Below, one piece after another: positions 32,446 to 47,644 of a DNA stretch of 64,000 bases. The position numbers were made by a program, and so were the translations under genes. Source of the DNA: the human T2T-CHM13v2.0 reference genome, Homo sapiens; assembly GCF_009914755.1 (NCBI RefSeq), contig NC_060934.1. One strand, written 5' to 3'. The notes beneath the pieces were generated by a model that was given only the letters and a program-made list of their open reading frames with translations, did no database searches and was not told the origin of the DNA. Each line of letters opens with the position of its first letter. The first letter of the stretch is position 1.

Positions 32446-33169
32446 TCACATGGGGTTTTATTTCATATTTCCTGTTATTTAACCTGTATATTCATGAAAA
32501 TGCCATGGAATTCTCAGGACAAGATTTTCATTCAATATGGAATCATTGCCTAGGTGTAATGATCTTTCTTGACGGACCTTGTCGCATTCATTGCTCGTCT
32601 GTCCCTGCTCTACCCATCTTGTGAGTAGGCACTGAGCCGTATGACTCCTCCCCTTGCCTATGGATGACTAGGTTGTTAGCAGACACTGGATCAGAGAGAG
32701 GCCCATACATCAGCTGGCCAACAGCTTTTTATCCAGTTTTGAAAAAGATGAACTGGGCCAATTAGATTTTTACTCCTAAGAATCTGAAGTTAGAGAAACA
32801 TATAAAAGTCCCAGTCAGTGATGGATATTCACCTTAAAAGATAAAGTTAGGCCAGGCCAGGTGCAGGCATCACAGAACCATGTGTAGACCAAAGTCCCAA
32901 GGGACAGAGTGTCAGAGGAAGCCAGACGGGCGGGAAGAGAATAGGGCCTCCCCTCAAACTAAACTGCTGGTCCTGGAGCAGCCTGGAATTCTGTACTTCC
33001 TGAGGCCTGGCTGTCCAGCATTTCCTGGGTTCCTATCCCCCATCTCTCTACCTATTTTGATTGGGTTATTGAAAAGTATAAGTGGATTTCTGTTCTTCAG
33101 AAACAAAAGATCCTCCATTAGAATGGAGAGGGAATGTTTACCAAAATAATATCTCAGTTGGGATCATTT

Positions 33170-33555
33170 GCAATGGAATCTGTCAGCGCCCTACCCATAC
33201 CTCCGTGGCACTCGCCTCTACAAGTCAGATGTGATTACTAGAAGCATCAAAATGCGTGAGTTAATGTACCTGAAAGCAGCTATCAAACAATGGTGATGGG
33301 GAGGTGGTAGATAAATACCCCAGCTTCCTCACCCCTTGGCTGGGATATCTCTGCAGCACATCCCACACTACCTCTTAGACTTCCCAATGGATTGAGAATT
33401 GCTGCCCACACTGGTAACTGGCTTGATATTGCACCTTTTATTAGCCTCACTCCTCTACCAGTGATTCCTAGGATCACCTTCCAAATAAATTACTTGCTTT
33501 TAAGTTTTCCTCGCAGAGTCTCTTTTTTTTTTGGCAGGGAGTTCTAAACAAAAGA
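33170..33555 (+). mobile_element. ERVL solo LTR (LTR16-like)
   Basis: ataaataccccagcttcctcacccctt...ggatcaccttccaaataaattacttgc motifs, as I recall for LTR16. Confidence 0.65.
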
Positions 33556-34959
33556 GAATCTAAGATCCATATTTTTATGCTAAAAAAAATTTTGTCTTGA
33601 GTCACTGATCACTTTCATCTAAAGATAACAGAGACAGATTCTAAACAGAACAATGTCCTGAAAAGACCAAGCATGTTCATCAGACAGAATATATTTTTTT
33701 CTCAAGAAAATCAATCATTAATTGGATCACCTTATTATACAAACACAAAGGAACTTGTATGCACACAGACTACGCCAAAGTACTTCTTCCTTTAAAATAT
33801 GTAAAGGAGACAACTTAGATTAACTCTGGTAGCAGAGGTCAGAACTACCAACTGCCTCATAAATAAATATGCCCCCAAAATGTCCTTTTGGCCTGTGTTT
33901 ATGTTTTAGGCAGAAGGATGTGACTTATGACATTTACCAAGCTCTATAAAAATGAGTCATTTTATAACATTTACACATATATTACATGGGCTCTCTTTTT
34001 ACCATTTTAAACAGCTGCATATTGCTACAATTCAACCAAAGATTGTGCTAGTACTACATGCCATATGCCAAGTTGGCTGTACATTCGAAAGAGATACAGA
34101 AGGTAGGTCTCTTCCTTTCCTTTCTCTCACTATCTCTAGCAAGATGAAAACACTCCGCATATGTATTGTATTTGTTGGGATTTGGAGGAGATTAGAGGGT
34201 GGACAGGAAGGAAAATATTTAGAACTTAAATTCTTCTTGGTTTTGGATCTGGATTACACAATATTTCCTCTTCCTGAATAACGTATACTAAGAGCACTGA
34301 GCATTTACCAATATGCTTCATTGGCCATTAAATTTGCACACAGGAAAAAAAGCAACTAAGCCACAAGATGAGCATTCAGCCATAGCATCCACAATTGAGA
34401 ACTAGGTGGGCAAAAATCAAAGGAAAAAATGAAGAGAAACAAATGAATGTTGACCCATTAATGAGGCTAACAATATTTACTGAGCATCTGCAATATGCGA
34501 AGTATCACCTTCAAGGAGCCACAAGTGGTATAGAGATCAAAGATACCTAAACTAAGCCCTCAACAACCTTACATCTAAGTAGACCAAACAGCACAAGGAC
34601 CTAAATAACTCTAAAACAAGGCAGAAAGGGATTGGAATCAGAGATACCGACCAAACGGTATGAAGATTCAAAGGAAGGAATGCTTGCTGCTCAGCAAGAG
34701 AGATAAGGTGAGCTTCAAGTCTAATGTGGTCCTCACGACTACAGGAGGAGTTACAGGAGGTTGGCTGGGCTCAACATCTTTTCAGCAGCTGCTGCCACAT
34801 ATAGAAAAATGAACTGGATCACTCTTGGTATGTAGATATAGAAGTTAACCAGGAAATGTGTTGGATCCTGTTTGCATCTTCTTTAAACTCTTAAAATAGA
34901 CCAATTGAACCACGATCTATGTGAAATCAAGTTCAGTTGAAGTATTACTAAACAATTAA

Positions 34960-35355
<396 letters not shown>

Positions 35356-36124
35356 TAGGCAGTTATTAAGTAGCCACTGCCCCTATAATGCCACTGGCTA
35401 CCAAGTGAAGATAGAGTCTGTGCCCTTTAGGGAAAAGAGCCCAAGGAAAGGATAACAGAACATATCCAGCTACACACTAGAATCACATGATAGCACTTCA
35501 GGGAAAAGACCAATATGAAACAGAACTGGGAATTGTCCCACAAGGACAGCAAATATTAAACACCCCAGAATATTCTAGTGATGTCAAAAATGACCTTACA
35601 AAATGATCCAGGTCATGATGGACAGAAAGGGAGCTGGCTGAGCGCTAGCTGTGGCCCTAGCTATTTGACTTTTCTTCCCCAGCTCATCTTTATCCCAGGA
35701 GATCCTACTCTATGGCATGAGAATTCTCCCTCTCCACTTGGGCTGCAGACAAACCTTTGTGAGCTAGATTTTTCTGGGCTCTGTGAGTCATAATGTCTCT
35801 GATGTCCTCTGATTAATTTTGGTTGTTATCTATGGCCACAGAACTTGGATGAGGAAAGACTTCTAAACAGCAAACAAACAAAACTTGGGGGGCCACAGTA
35901 AGTCACTTACAGAAAGTGAATTTACAAGCCAGCTAAATGATTTCTCAAAGTAAAGGCCCTACCTTTCTTTATATAATGTTTGCAGACCTTTATGTTGTAA
36001 AGATAAAAGCAGTTTTGAAGATTAAGATATAGGATGTAAATAGAATGTACATATAGGATTTGTGTACATATGGGAAAACTGGTTATTTCACTTTGAGGGA
36101 ATAGCTTTAATTTAATTTGAAATT

Positions 36125-36765
36125 GTATTAAGTGGTGGGAATGTAAAATGGTATAGCCACTGTAGAAAACGGTTTGACAGTTTCTCAAAAAGTTAAACAG
36201 AGAATTATCGTATGACCCAGGATTTCCACTCCTCGGTATATACCCAAGGGAACTGAAAACACGTTCACACAAAAACATGTAACAAGTGTTCATAGCAGCA
36301 TTATTCATAATAACCAGAAAGCAGGAACAACACAAATGACCATCGGCTGACGAAAAGATAAAGAAAATGTGATATATCCCTACAATGGGATACTATTCAG
36401 CCATAAGAAGGAATACGGTATTGATAAATGCTACCGCCTCGATGAGCCTTAAAAACATTATACTAAGTAAAAGAAGCTAGACACAAAAATCACAGGTTAC
36501 ATGATTCCAATCAGATGAAATGTCTGGAATAGGAAAACCCACAAACACCTAAAGGAGATAAGTCGTTGCCAGCAGCTGAGGAATGTGAGTCATCAGGGAT
36601 GTTTTCTAACGGGCACAAGGTTTCTTTCTGGGCTGATAAAAATGCTCTGGAATTAGATAGTGGGATGGTTGCACAACTTCGTGGTTCTACTAAAATGCAC
36701 AGGCTCGTACATGTTAAAGTGGTGAATGTTATGGTGTACTACATTACATCTCCATTTTAAAATGT
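36125..36765 (+). mobile_element. L1M (L1MB/MC-type) ORF2 end and 3' UTR fragment
   Basis: ggtgggaatgtaaaatggtatagccactgtagaaaac...tatgacccag...gtgttcatagcagcattattcataat...gatactattcagccataa. Confidence 0.88.
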
Positions 36766-37149
36766 ATGAAGTACCTTTACTTACCAAGCACTGCGTTATA
36801 GTCTGAAGAAACCACGGAAACAACTGTCCTGCCACTAAGGCACTTACTACCTGGTAGGGAGACACGCAAACAAACAGATACAAATAGCCAAGCATAGAGG
36901 TGCTTGGATGGGCATTTGTGTGGTACACAGCAGAGCCCAAAAGAGGAGAGGTCTGGAGAGACTCCACAGGAAAGTTTCACCCGAGCTGAATCTCCAACTG
37001 AACTTAAAAAAAAAATTAATAATCCTTTGGTCTTCTCATGTAATATCAAACAGGGAGAGAGGAGAGCTAGGGTCTTAATCTAACACTACCCTCTGATTAT
37101 ACCATAGACCTTAGGAAAGTCATTTACTTCTCTGGACCTCAGTCTCTTA

Positions 37150-37503
<354 letters not shown>

Positions 37504-37879
37504 GGTGTTGATATCAAAGGTTTATTTCTACCTTTGAGAAATATCTAGAATCCTCGTGCATATCATATCATAGTCTATCTAAAATCCTGACATACTTAAA
37601 TCCTGATTCTGCAAAGGGTTTCTCTAGTGTATTCTGGGTGTGCTGCTTTCTGAGATTGAGAAAGGAATCTTCCTGCTGGCTACCTCTACACGCCCTAACA
37701 AACAGCACACAGACTATGCTTCCTTCCTGTTGGCAGCCTTCATCTTCCACCCCAGGGACAGAATCACCCATCTGCTGACCACGTATTCACCTTATATTAC
37801 CTTCCTACTAGTAGCCTTCGTCTTGTAGTCCATAGACAAATCAAGCCTGTGCTGGCCACCTGTCCACCCCAATGAGTAA

Positions 37880-38201
<322 letters not shown>

Positions 38202-41200
38202 TCCACACAATCCATATTCCCTTTCTGTTAGCAGCTTTGTCTTGTACCCATGGCCGTCACAGGTCCATGGCTGATTTGCCAAGTTAACAGGAGTCCATCC
38301 ATAATAATCAGCACTGGGTCATGCCCCAGAATCATTAGGATCAAAGGATGGGAAATCAGGGATTTCTTTGAAAGTAAGCCACTCTTAGTAAGATTCAAAT
38401 TTGTTTAAAGCCTGGATTAAAACAATGCCAAACAATAAACTTAAACAGACTGCTTTACCCTCTGACTTTAAATAAGATTAGTTTTTAAGTACATTTAATT
38501 AAAACGAATGGGGCATTGCAGCATATTTACTCACTCAAGGAAGTAATTTACATGGGAACATTTCATGTGAAAATAGTTACTTGCCCACATTCCTAGGACT
38601 AAAAATAAAATAAACAAAACAAAAAGCAACCATCAATAAAACAAAAAAAAAGCTGGACCAAGTAGATTCAGCCAGTGGAACTAGGTGAAAAGTGTCTTAC
38701 TTCTACCTTTTTCTTTCCACTCTCAGATCATTGGGCTATTTTCCTTTTACTCGTATTTTGGGTAAATCATATCTATTTTACAGCTCAAATCGCAAATCCT
38801 ACTTTCTCTTTCCCTTCAGTGATATTTCTTTCCTTTGAAAACTAATTGTATTTGTTATCTAGACAATTATTCAACTTCTCACACATTTGGGTGAGAAGAA
38901 GAGGGGGAAGTATTTATCGAGCTCCAACTAAATGCCAGCATTTCTAAAATACGTATTTTCTCTTAGGGCTCATAATACCGCTGCAATGTGGGTAGTATTA
39001 TCCACATTTTATATACGAGAAAACTAAGGCTCGGACATATTAAGTCACTTGCCCAGGTCACAGAACTGCAAAGAGCAGAGCTGGACTTTGAACTTGGCAG
39101 CGAGGTCTGACCCCATAACCCTGAATTTGCAACCAGTTTGCTTTGCAGCTTCTCCTGGCCTCAGCTACTTGAAGGCAGGGGGACAATTTAATGCCGAATT
39201 GTATTCTTCGAACATAGTGATTTGATTTCTGCGAACATTCACTCATTCATTTACTCACCACTCACAGCTTTTTTTCCATGCCAGGTACTATAATGGAATA
39301 AAAATAAGAGCACAGCTCTCTCCTTGCCCTCAGAGAGGACCTCAGTGTATGAAAAGGGAGAAGCTTATAAACAGGCAACTTGAACAAAGATGTGCAGAGG
39401 ATGCTATGAAAACACAGAGGAGGACGAGGCAAGAGGTAAGATCAGGCCGGCCCAGAGGAGGAAAAGCTTAACCTGCAGCCTGCTGGGCCTCAGAGAAACT
39501 GGGGAGACTGTGCCAGGCAGCAGAATTGCACATACAAAGAGAGGCCCAACGTGAAAGCATCCTTCAAACATCTGTGACAAAGAAGACTGATGCGGGTGTT
39601 TGGGGGTTAAGAGTGGGACGTGATAGAAAGGCTTAACTGTCAAGAGCTTGAAACGTATGATTCTGGGAAATATGATTAAACTAATGGAATGAGAAGCCTA
39701 GGGAATTGAAAAGGGGTTATTGGTAACTATAAATAAAAAAAAAATGCAAACTATCTAATGCTTTCCCAAATAGCTGAAACCTCAAATCCCTCTCCATTCA
39801 TGCCCTTGCAAGATGTAGAAGTAACTGGCCACCACCTATCATCTCCATCCTCAGGAGAACAAAAGTTAAAGTAAGACTGCTGTTTGGGGGGAACCATATC
39901 CCATCAACAAACCGGATGAGGCCCTGGGGACCCAGCATGCTGGAGGAACAGGAGGCCACAACACAGTGTGTCTCCTTGCCAGCAGCAGATGCCGGTCACT
40001 ACTTTGCCTCTCAAAGTAGCCTAGTCAAAGCCATCAGTCAGGAGAGCGGGTCTGAGGGCAGGAACCACATGCTGGTCCTTCTTACCAACTTTCCCAGGAT
40101 GTGTTTTTTATGGCTAGCTCAAACACTTCTCTCAAATGTAATAGAGGGCCTTCACAGCTGAGTTTCAGGGTTTGGAGAGAATTAAAACCTTTTCCCTGAC
40201 ACAGACTCTCAATGTTACCAGGAAGATGCTATAGAAAAGCTCCACAGCATCTTGAAGAATATGCTGTCTTTTTGACAACAAAGCCATTTGTGGCCTATGG
40301 CCTACTATACCCAAGACGCTTCCCCTAGCCCTCTGACATACAGGTCTGGGGTTGCGGATTAGTGAATGGGGTAAGAAGGGCACACTAAAAGAAAAATATT
40401 ATAGTGTTATATGTTCTACTTAGTTTGAAAACAGGTTGGTATTGCTTTAAGAAACAATAATGTACCCAAGAGGTTCTCTCACTTACGTGATACCCTGAGT
40501 ATCTGGGTCTTGGGAAACCATTCCGAGTGAAGACAACACCTGGTGTGCTGCATGTAACAGAAAGGTCTCAGCAGGTGCCTGAATCAGACATGAACCACCT
40601 TTCTCTCTTCTGGGATATGAACTGCTTTTCCAGGGAGGGGACTGCCAAGTCTACTTTGGTCCCTGCTCTCCAGTCCAGAACATTCTGCTTTGGGATTTGG
40701 ACTCAGCTGACAACATAATCACTGAATCCTCTCCAGATATCCTTGGGGCTTTTGATAATAGTGCCAGTCTCTTGTTTGTTTGTCAAGAAGGTAATCGCCC
40801 TAAATATGTTCTTTCGTTTGTATGAGACCCAAAAGCTCCAAAGGACAGAAAGAAACACAGGTTCAAAAACTTCACTCTAATTTCCTACAGGAGAGTAAGG
40901 GAACATTCCATACAGACAGCTTGTATTTACGAGCTAGAGGAAGGAAATCTTTGCTAATTTTCCTGGCAACAGCAATATACTTTATGGGAGTCTTCAAATT
41001 TGAGTTGCTGAAGTACGTAATTAGCAATATTATTTACAAACTTTAGGTGTGCCAGTGTTCAGCGTACCTCATGAATGACCCACTCTTATGCTCCTCAGGC
41101 TGAGGCAGAGTGACATCATGGTTGAGACCACGAACCTGGGTGTCAGGCAGACCTAAGCCCAAATCTAGTACTTATGTGACCTTTGGCAGGTCTCTTAACT

Positions 41201-41290
41201 GCATATGCCCCAGTTTCCTTCTCTGTAAAATGAGATAAAAGTAATTCCTGCTTTGTTGAGTCATTGAGAATATCAAACATGGAAAAATCA

Positions 41291-41615
<325 letters not shown>

Positions 41616-41725
41616 ACACTTATCACAATGTTTGAGATATAGTAGGCCCTCAATGAATGACAGCCGTTCTTCAAGAACAGTACTACATCTACAGTCAGAA
41701 GCTGCAGAGGCTGTTTCGTACGTTT

Positions 41726-41863
41726 ACTGATCTATTTCATTGATATATGCTCACTGATATATTTTTGCAGAAGCTATTTTGTATATTCACAGATCTATTT
41801 CACTGATATATGCCCACTGATATATTTTTGCGGAAGCTATTTTGTATGTTCACTGATATATTT
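41726..41863. repeat. 63-bp tandem repeat, 2 copies plus a partial
   Basis: Units start at 41726, 41789 and 41852 (ac(t/a)gatctatttca(t/c)tgatatatgc...gaagctattttgtat). Confidence 0.92.
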
Positions 41864-42509
41864 GTTTTGCCCACTTTTCCCATCTTCTTGCTAACTCATT
41901 GCTGTTGTTAAGTGGGGGAAAACAATTTCTTCCCTTGCAACATCCAAGGGTTGTTTTGAGCTTTACAAAGGACACATATGCATGGGGACACTTGGAAAAT
42001 CATGGAGTCCAGCACAACTCAAAGCAGGGATTGAGCACCAGACAATAACAGGAAGCTGCAGCATCGTGAGATCTTTCTGGCAGCTGGAGGAGGCCTTTGC
42101 CAAATATTCCCAAGCACCCTGCCAGGAGCTGCTCCTGAACACTCTGGGGCTTCGTAGCACAGGAACATGCATGGCTGCAGGAGGGCGCACTTCCTCCAAG
42201 CACCTGTCCTAAACAGGATGCTCTGAACACACAGTGGCTTTCTGGGAATCCCACGTCCTGTGCAGCATCTATAGTTCTGGGCCTCTATTGTTTCACAGCA
42301 TGGAAGGCAAACAATAGAAATTATTTTTAACAATAATAAACAATTTTTTCTTATTTTATTATTTTAATTCAGCCTCCATAGAGACTGTCAAAAATGACTA
42401 ATGCTGACTATATTGCAATTCTATTATTATTACTGAAATTAACATTTAGTGGATGCTTTTGTGTGCCACTATACCAAACACTTTGATATGCACGTTCTCA
42501 TTCTTTAAA

Positions 42510-42660
42510 TTTATTTTTATCTTTTTTTACAATTTTTAAAATTGAGATAGGGTCTTGCAAGTTTGCCCAGGCTGGTCTTGAACTCCTAGGCCCAAGTGAT
42601 CCTCCTGCCTCAGCCTCTCAAGTAGCTGGTACTATAGGCCCACACCACCATGCCCAGCCA
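42510..42660 (-). mobile_element. Alu monomer (FLAM-like)
   Basis: Antisense monomer; flanks share gttctcatt. Confidence 0.8.
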
Positions 42661-44017
42661 GGTTCTCATTTAGTTCTCATAATCAATACTGCCCTTAGAC
42701 ACACGCAAGCAGGGCCCCTGCCCTAACCCCATTCCTTCCTCAAAAATGTCTAAGTGCGCTCTGGTACCTGGGATCGCTGGGGCCAGCAGTGCTGTCTGGA
42801 TGGGGAATCTGAGCCTCCTCTTCACAGATCTCTCTAGTGATCCTCTGCATCTCTCCCATACTGTGCAAGGGGTTGGCCAGATGCCCCAAGGAGCCCCAGG
42901 AGTCATGCCAATGGGTTTCTTGGGGCCCTGGAGCTGGCTCCATTCTAGGGGACAAGCCTAGCAAGCAATCACTTCCTCAGGCTGGTGTGGCATTTCTTTC
43001 CCAAGACTGAAACAGATTGAGCTGTTGACACACTGCTTTGGGTGACTCAAATTGTTTATATAGACAGGAGCCCTACAAAAAAAATCTGCCCAGGGCCCCA
43101 TCTACTCTAGGGATAGGCCTGCTCAAAGCAATCCTATAAGGTATGCATTCCCTGCCTACCTTAGGGACAGAGAAACGCACTTGGAATCACTAACTTCCCA
43201 AAGTAACACATTTAGTGAGTAGAAGAGCTGGGAGTCAAATTCTGGAATGTCCAACCTCAAAGCCACACTTAACTAATCTCCCAGATTTCCTTATCTGCCT
43301 CCACTAAGATATGGATATCCCAATGATGATTACCTTTCCTGTATCCAGAACTCTCTCGGATACTGTTAATTCTCTTGTTCCCAAGTGAGGGAATCTGCTG
43401 ATAAGTCATTATCCAGCATGCTTTCATTAAACTACAGCTTACCTGGCTTCCCCTTGCCTTCCTGCCTTCTCCTCCCAACAGATCTTATCTCTTTCAAGAG
43501 CAACAGTGGCTCATTCCAAAAATATCTGATTTGAGTCTGTTTGAGTAGAAACATTCCATAGAAGCATCGAAGTCATTCAGAATAAAGTGTTAGCTCCAGC
43601 AGAAATCTACATGTTTCATTTTTATTCCTATTTGTGGAATAAAACATTTTTTCCTCAATAAAGGGATTCTAGGTATCCCCTAGTATGTGGATCTGATTTT
43701 TGAGGGAGGTGTCATTTGCTACAATAGGCATACTCAGCTGGTTCTGAACAAAGTCTTCTTAGCAGAGCTTGTAAGGGGACTGGGCAGAAGGCATGGCTTC
43801 TTCATCCCCGCTCCCTGCTCCCCTAAAAAGGAATGTGCCTGGAATCATGAAGAGAAGACTGTTAAGAGTAAGAGACAAGGAGCTGTCACCATCAGCAGCT
43901 GTCGAAGTCGGTATCCTGTCTTGCCTGAGCACTGATCTGCTTGTCAGCCCTCTCTGTCCCAGCCAAAGCTCTGTATAGGCACAGTGAGATACCGCTTCAC
44001 ACCCACTAGGATGGCTA

Positions 44018-44385
<368 letters not shown>

Positions 44386-44556
44386 TTAATATGCTGCTGG
44401 TGGGAATGTAAAATGGAGTAACTGCTTTGTGAAATAATCTAGAAGTCCTTCAGAAGGTTAGACATAGTTATTATATGACCCAGAAATTCCACACCTAGGT
44501 ATACACCCAAGAGCCCTGAACATATCATATGTCCACATAAAAACCTGTATATGATG

Positions 44557-44660
44557 ATCCTTTTGATGTGTTCACACACGCGTGTGTGAGGTGAGCCACC
44601 CTCGAACCTTGTTATGACATTGGCACATTACCCATCTGACACGAAAAAAGAAAAAAAAAC
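44557..44660 (+). pseudogene. U13 (SNORD13) snoRNA retropseudogene
   Basis: ATCCTTTTG...GTGTGTGAGGTGAGCCACCCTCGAACCTTGTTATGACATTGGCACATTACCCATCTGAC matches U13 as I recall it, including box D CTGA at 44636-44639. It is followed by an A-rich tail and flanked by a near-perfect TSD (aaaaacctgtatatg at 44539-44553; aaaaaccttgtatatg at ~44655-44670). Confidence 0.9.
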
Positions 44661-46003
44661 CTTGTATATGGATATGCATAGAGGCATTATTCATAAAATC
44701 CAAAAGTTGGAAACATCCCAAATGTCCATCAGCTGGTGTAAGCAGAAACAAATTGTGGAATATCTATACGGTGAAATAGTATTTGGCCATAACAAGGAAT
44801 AAAGTACTGACACGTGCTACAACATGGGTAAACCCTGAAAACATGCTAAGTGAAAGAAGCCATAAACGAAAGACCACAGATTATAAATTCCATTCACATG
44901 AAATATCCAGAATAGGGAAATCTAAGAGGCAGAAAGTAGATTTTGATTTCTTAAGGCTGAGAGATGGGGATGAAGAGGTTGGGGTGGGGAGGCGATAGCT
45001 AAAGGGTACAGGGTTTCTTTTTGAGGCAATGAAAATATATATGTAACATATCAGTTGCATACTAAAACTCGCTGAACTATAGACTTTAAATGGATGAACT
45101 TTACAGCATATGAATTATAACTCAATAAAGCTGTTGAAAGCTGATTGCAACAAAACAGAACATCTTAACTCCAGTACTTCAGCTAAACTGAATCCAATTC
45201 AACTCTGGCTGTCCAAGAATGACGAGGAATGCGTTATGCTTCCTGGTTTATTTGACTTAACTTCATACATTCGTAGGGACCATGGTTAATTGCCTTCTGC
45301 TTCCTGTACCAATTCTAGGTCTGACTTTGACAAGGTGTGAGCAGTTGGGTAGGTATCATCTTCATTAACAAAGGCACCATGATAACTTCAAAGTCTGAAA
45401 ACTCCCAAGTGCAATAACTCTATCCTCAGAGTGGGCCTTCTCCACCTCTTTCCCAGGCAGAGGGATGAGTGACACGTTTTAATGAGCTTCACTGAAAAGA
45501 AGCCTCAACAAGTTCTCTCAATATTAAAACACTTTCTTTTTATTTTATTTCTTTTTTAGAACATTTCACAAGACGAGCCCTCCCTACACAGTGACACAAT
45601 TTGGACCTCAACTTTACTTATCTTTTGCTAGCCTCCATCTCCCCCCTTGAATATTTCCTTTCCATTCATCCTTTGTCATATGAAATAATAACATCTACAG
45701 ATAGAGATCTTTCTTTTCCATCATACTTCCTATTACTGACAATTATTCATACCAAGTTTGGAAAGAGATACATTTGTTACTGAAGATCATAAAATCCTGG
45801 ACAAAAATATCCTTGGGATTTAGCTCCGTAGCTATACTTATGTTACATTCTCCATCTCTCCCACCCTCACCCCCATTAATTATATATTAAGGATAGTGTT
45901 TCCTTTGAAGAACACATTACAGAAGAATGATCTGGATAGTACTCTCTTAATTACGCCAATCACAAAACACAAAACCATGTCCAGAGAGGGTTATTTTACT
46001 TAC

Positions 46004-46247
46004 CAAAAGGATCAACGCTGTTACATACACGCCCACGTGGGCAGTAGTCCTTGGGACAGAGATACAGCAAATGAGTGATAGTGGCACGCCTATGAGCGGT
46101 GAAGGAGGTCCCAGAGACCCTCCGGTCCTCAACAATCAGTCTCTTTCTGTTCGAGCCCCTGGCACTGGTTCTCTCAGATGAGGTGACTTTGCTTTTCTCA
46201 GAGCTGCACAATTTCCCCAGACACTTTAGACCAAGGAAGGCAGGCAT
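46004..46247 (-). CDS. ABLIM1: ABLIM1 first coding exon of the long (abLIM-L) isoform; 81 codons + 1 nt
   Basis: Translates MPAFLGLKCLGKLCSSEKSKVTSSERTSARGSNRKRLIVEDRRVSGTSFTAHRRATITHLLYLCPKDYCPRGRVCNSVDPF, which I recognise as the N-terminus of human ABLIM1. ATG at 46247-46245 (A at -3). Ends TTT G|GTAAGT (donor 46003-45998), phase 1, matching the known continuation VAHPQDPHH. Confidence 0.96.
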
Positions 46248-46660
46248 CTTGGCATGGATTTCCAAGCAATGAGAAATGGGGAGTGGGGACCCAAGGAGCG
46301 GTGCTGCCCCACAATTCTCTCTGTTCCCCTGGCTCCTTACTGTCTCCTTTTCTCACTGCCCAGCAAAGAAGATTAAGGGAGATGTATTTAAGTGATTACC
46401 CTCAAGAGCTTAGGGCACCATATTCTCAGTCAGATGACTAGGTATAAAAACAGCCACTACCAGGAACTCGAGACTTTCAGTCTCAGACATGAATGCATAT
46501 TTGAAAATCAGATTAATATCCAGAATAAGAGAAAGAATATAACTGCAATATCTAAAAGAATTCTCCTGCAAATACTCCTAGAATATTCAGTATCATCTGG
46601 TAAGAGTACTGAGAATAGGGCTAGGGATATATACACATATTTTATATAATCTAAAAATGT
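46248..46660 (-). promoter_or_regulatory. 5' UTR and non-CpG tissue-specific promoter of the long ABLIM1 isoform
   Basis: Directly upstream of the MPAFLG ATG and free of obvious repeats. TATA-like TTAAATA (minus, 46391-46385); TAATC homeodomain cores at 46371, 46394, 46511 and 46647; CAGATG E-boxes at 46431 and 46594. Confidence 0.6.
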
Positions 46661-47275
46661 CTATCAGAAAAATCCCAGGGTAATAATTCCAAGTTTTCCA
46701 GTATTTCAGATCTCACAGGTGGAGGTGGGGAAGGCTTGATAAAGATCCTCAGCTTCAATTCGTGACAAATCCAGCTCTCAGCCATAGTAAACGATCATTT
46801 CCTTTCCATTTTCTAGAAGGGGACCCCTCCCCTCAGTACCAGGAAAATCCTTCTGCCTCATTCCATTAAGCCAATGTTTACTGTCGTAATGTTTCATGGG
46901 TTTTCTGTGATGGCAGAATCATATGATGGAGACAGAATTAACATGTAGGTAGCTTCAGCTTTACACAAAGTTACAAGCTAGAAGGACCTTCATGGAATTA
47001 GTGTATTGATATAAAAAGGACAACCCCAGTAATTATCATTTACTCTTTAACATCCACACAGTAAGATGCAGTACAAAATGTGACCGTCTACAACCATACA
47101 AAAGTCCCAAGTCAAAATGAATAAACTCACACTCCTTCTCCTGTCATTGGGCTATTATGTTCTAATATAAATTCCTTTTCATTAAAACCCTAGAATAGAA
47201 TTATAGAGCTGACAAGGCCATCAAAGGTAATCTAGTCCAGTAGTTCCCAAATATTGCTGTGCATAAGAACCATCT

Positions 47276-47570
47276 GCAGGTGCGGTTGCTCACGTCTGTA
47301 ATCCTAGCACTTTGGGAGGCTGAGGTGGGAGGATTGCTTGAGGCCACTTCGAGACCAGCCCTGGCAACATAGCAAGACTCTGTCTCTACAGAAAAAAAAA
47401 AAAAAATTAAAACATTGGCCAAGTGTGGTGTCATGCATCTGTAGTCCCAGCTACTCGGGAGGCTGAGGCAGGAGGATTGGTTGAGTCCAGGAGTTTGAGG
47501 TTACAGTGAGCTATGATTGTGCCACTGTACTCCTAGGTGACCGGGCAAGACTCTGTCTCAAAACAAAAAA
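47276..47570 (+). mobile_element. AluJ
   Basis: Diverged dimer. Confidence 0.85.
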
Positions 47571-47644
47571 TCTGTAGAACTTTTGAAAAATACAAAATAT
47601 ATATATACGGGATTCTTGCACGTAAAGGTCAGGAACTTACATTT

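Noticed and set aside
35922-36335. 137-aa ORF (and the 127-aa ORF at 59482-59865)
   Set aside because: Both are degenerate L1 remnants.
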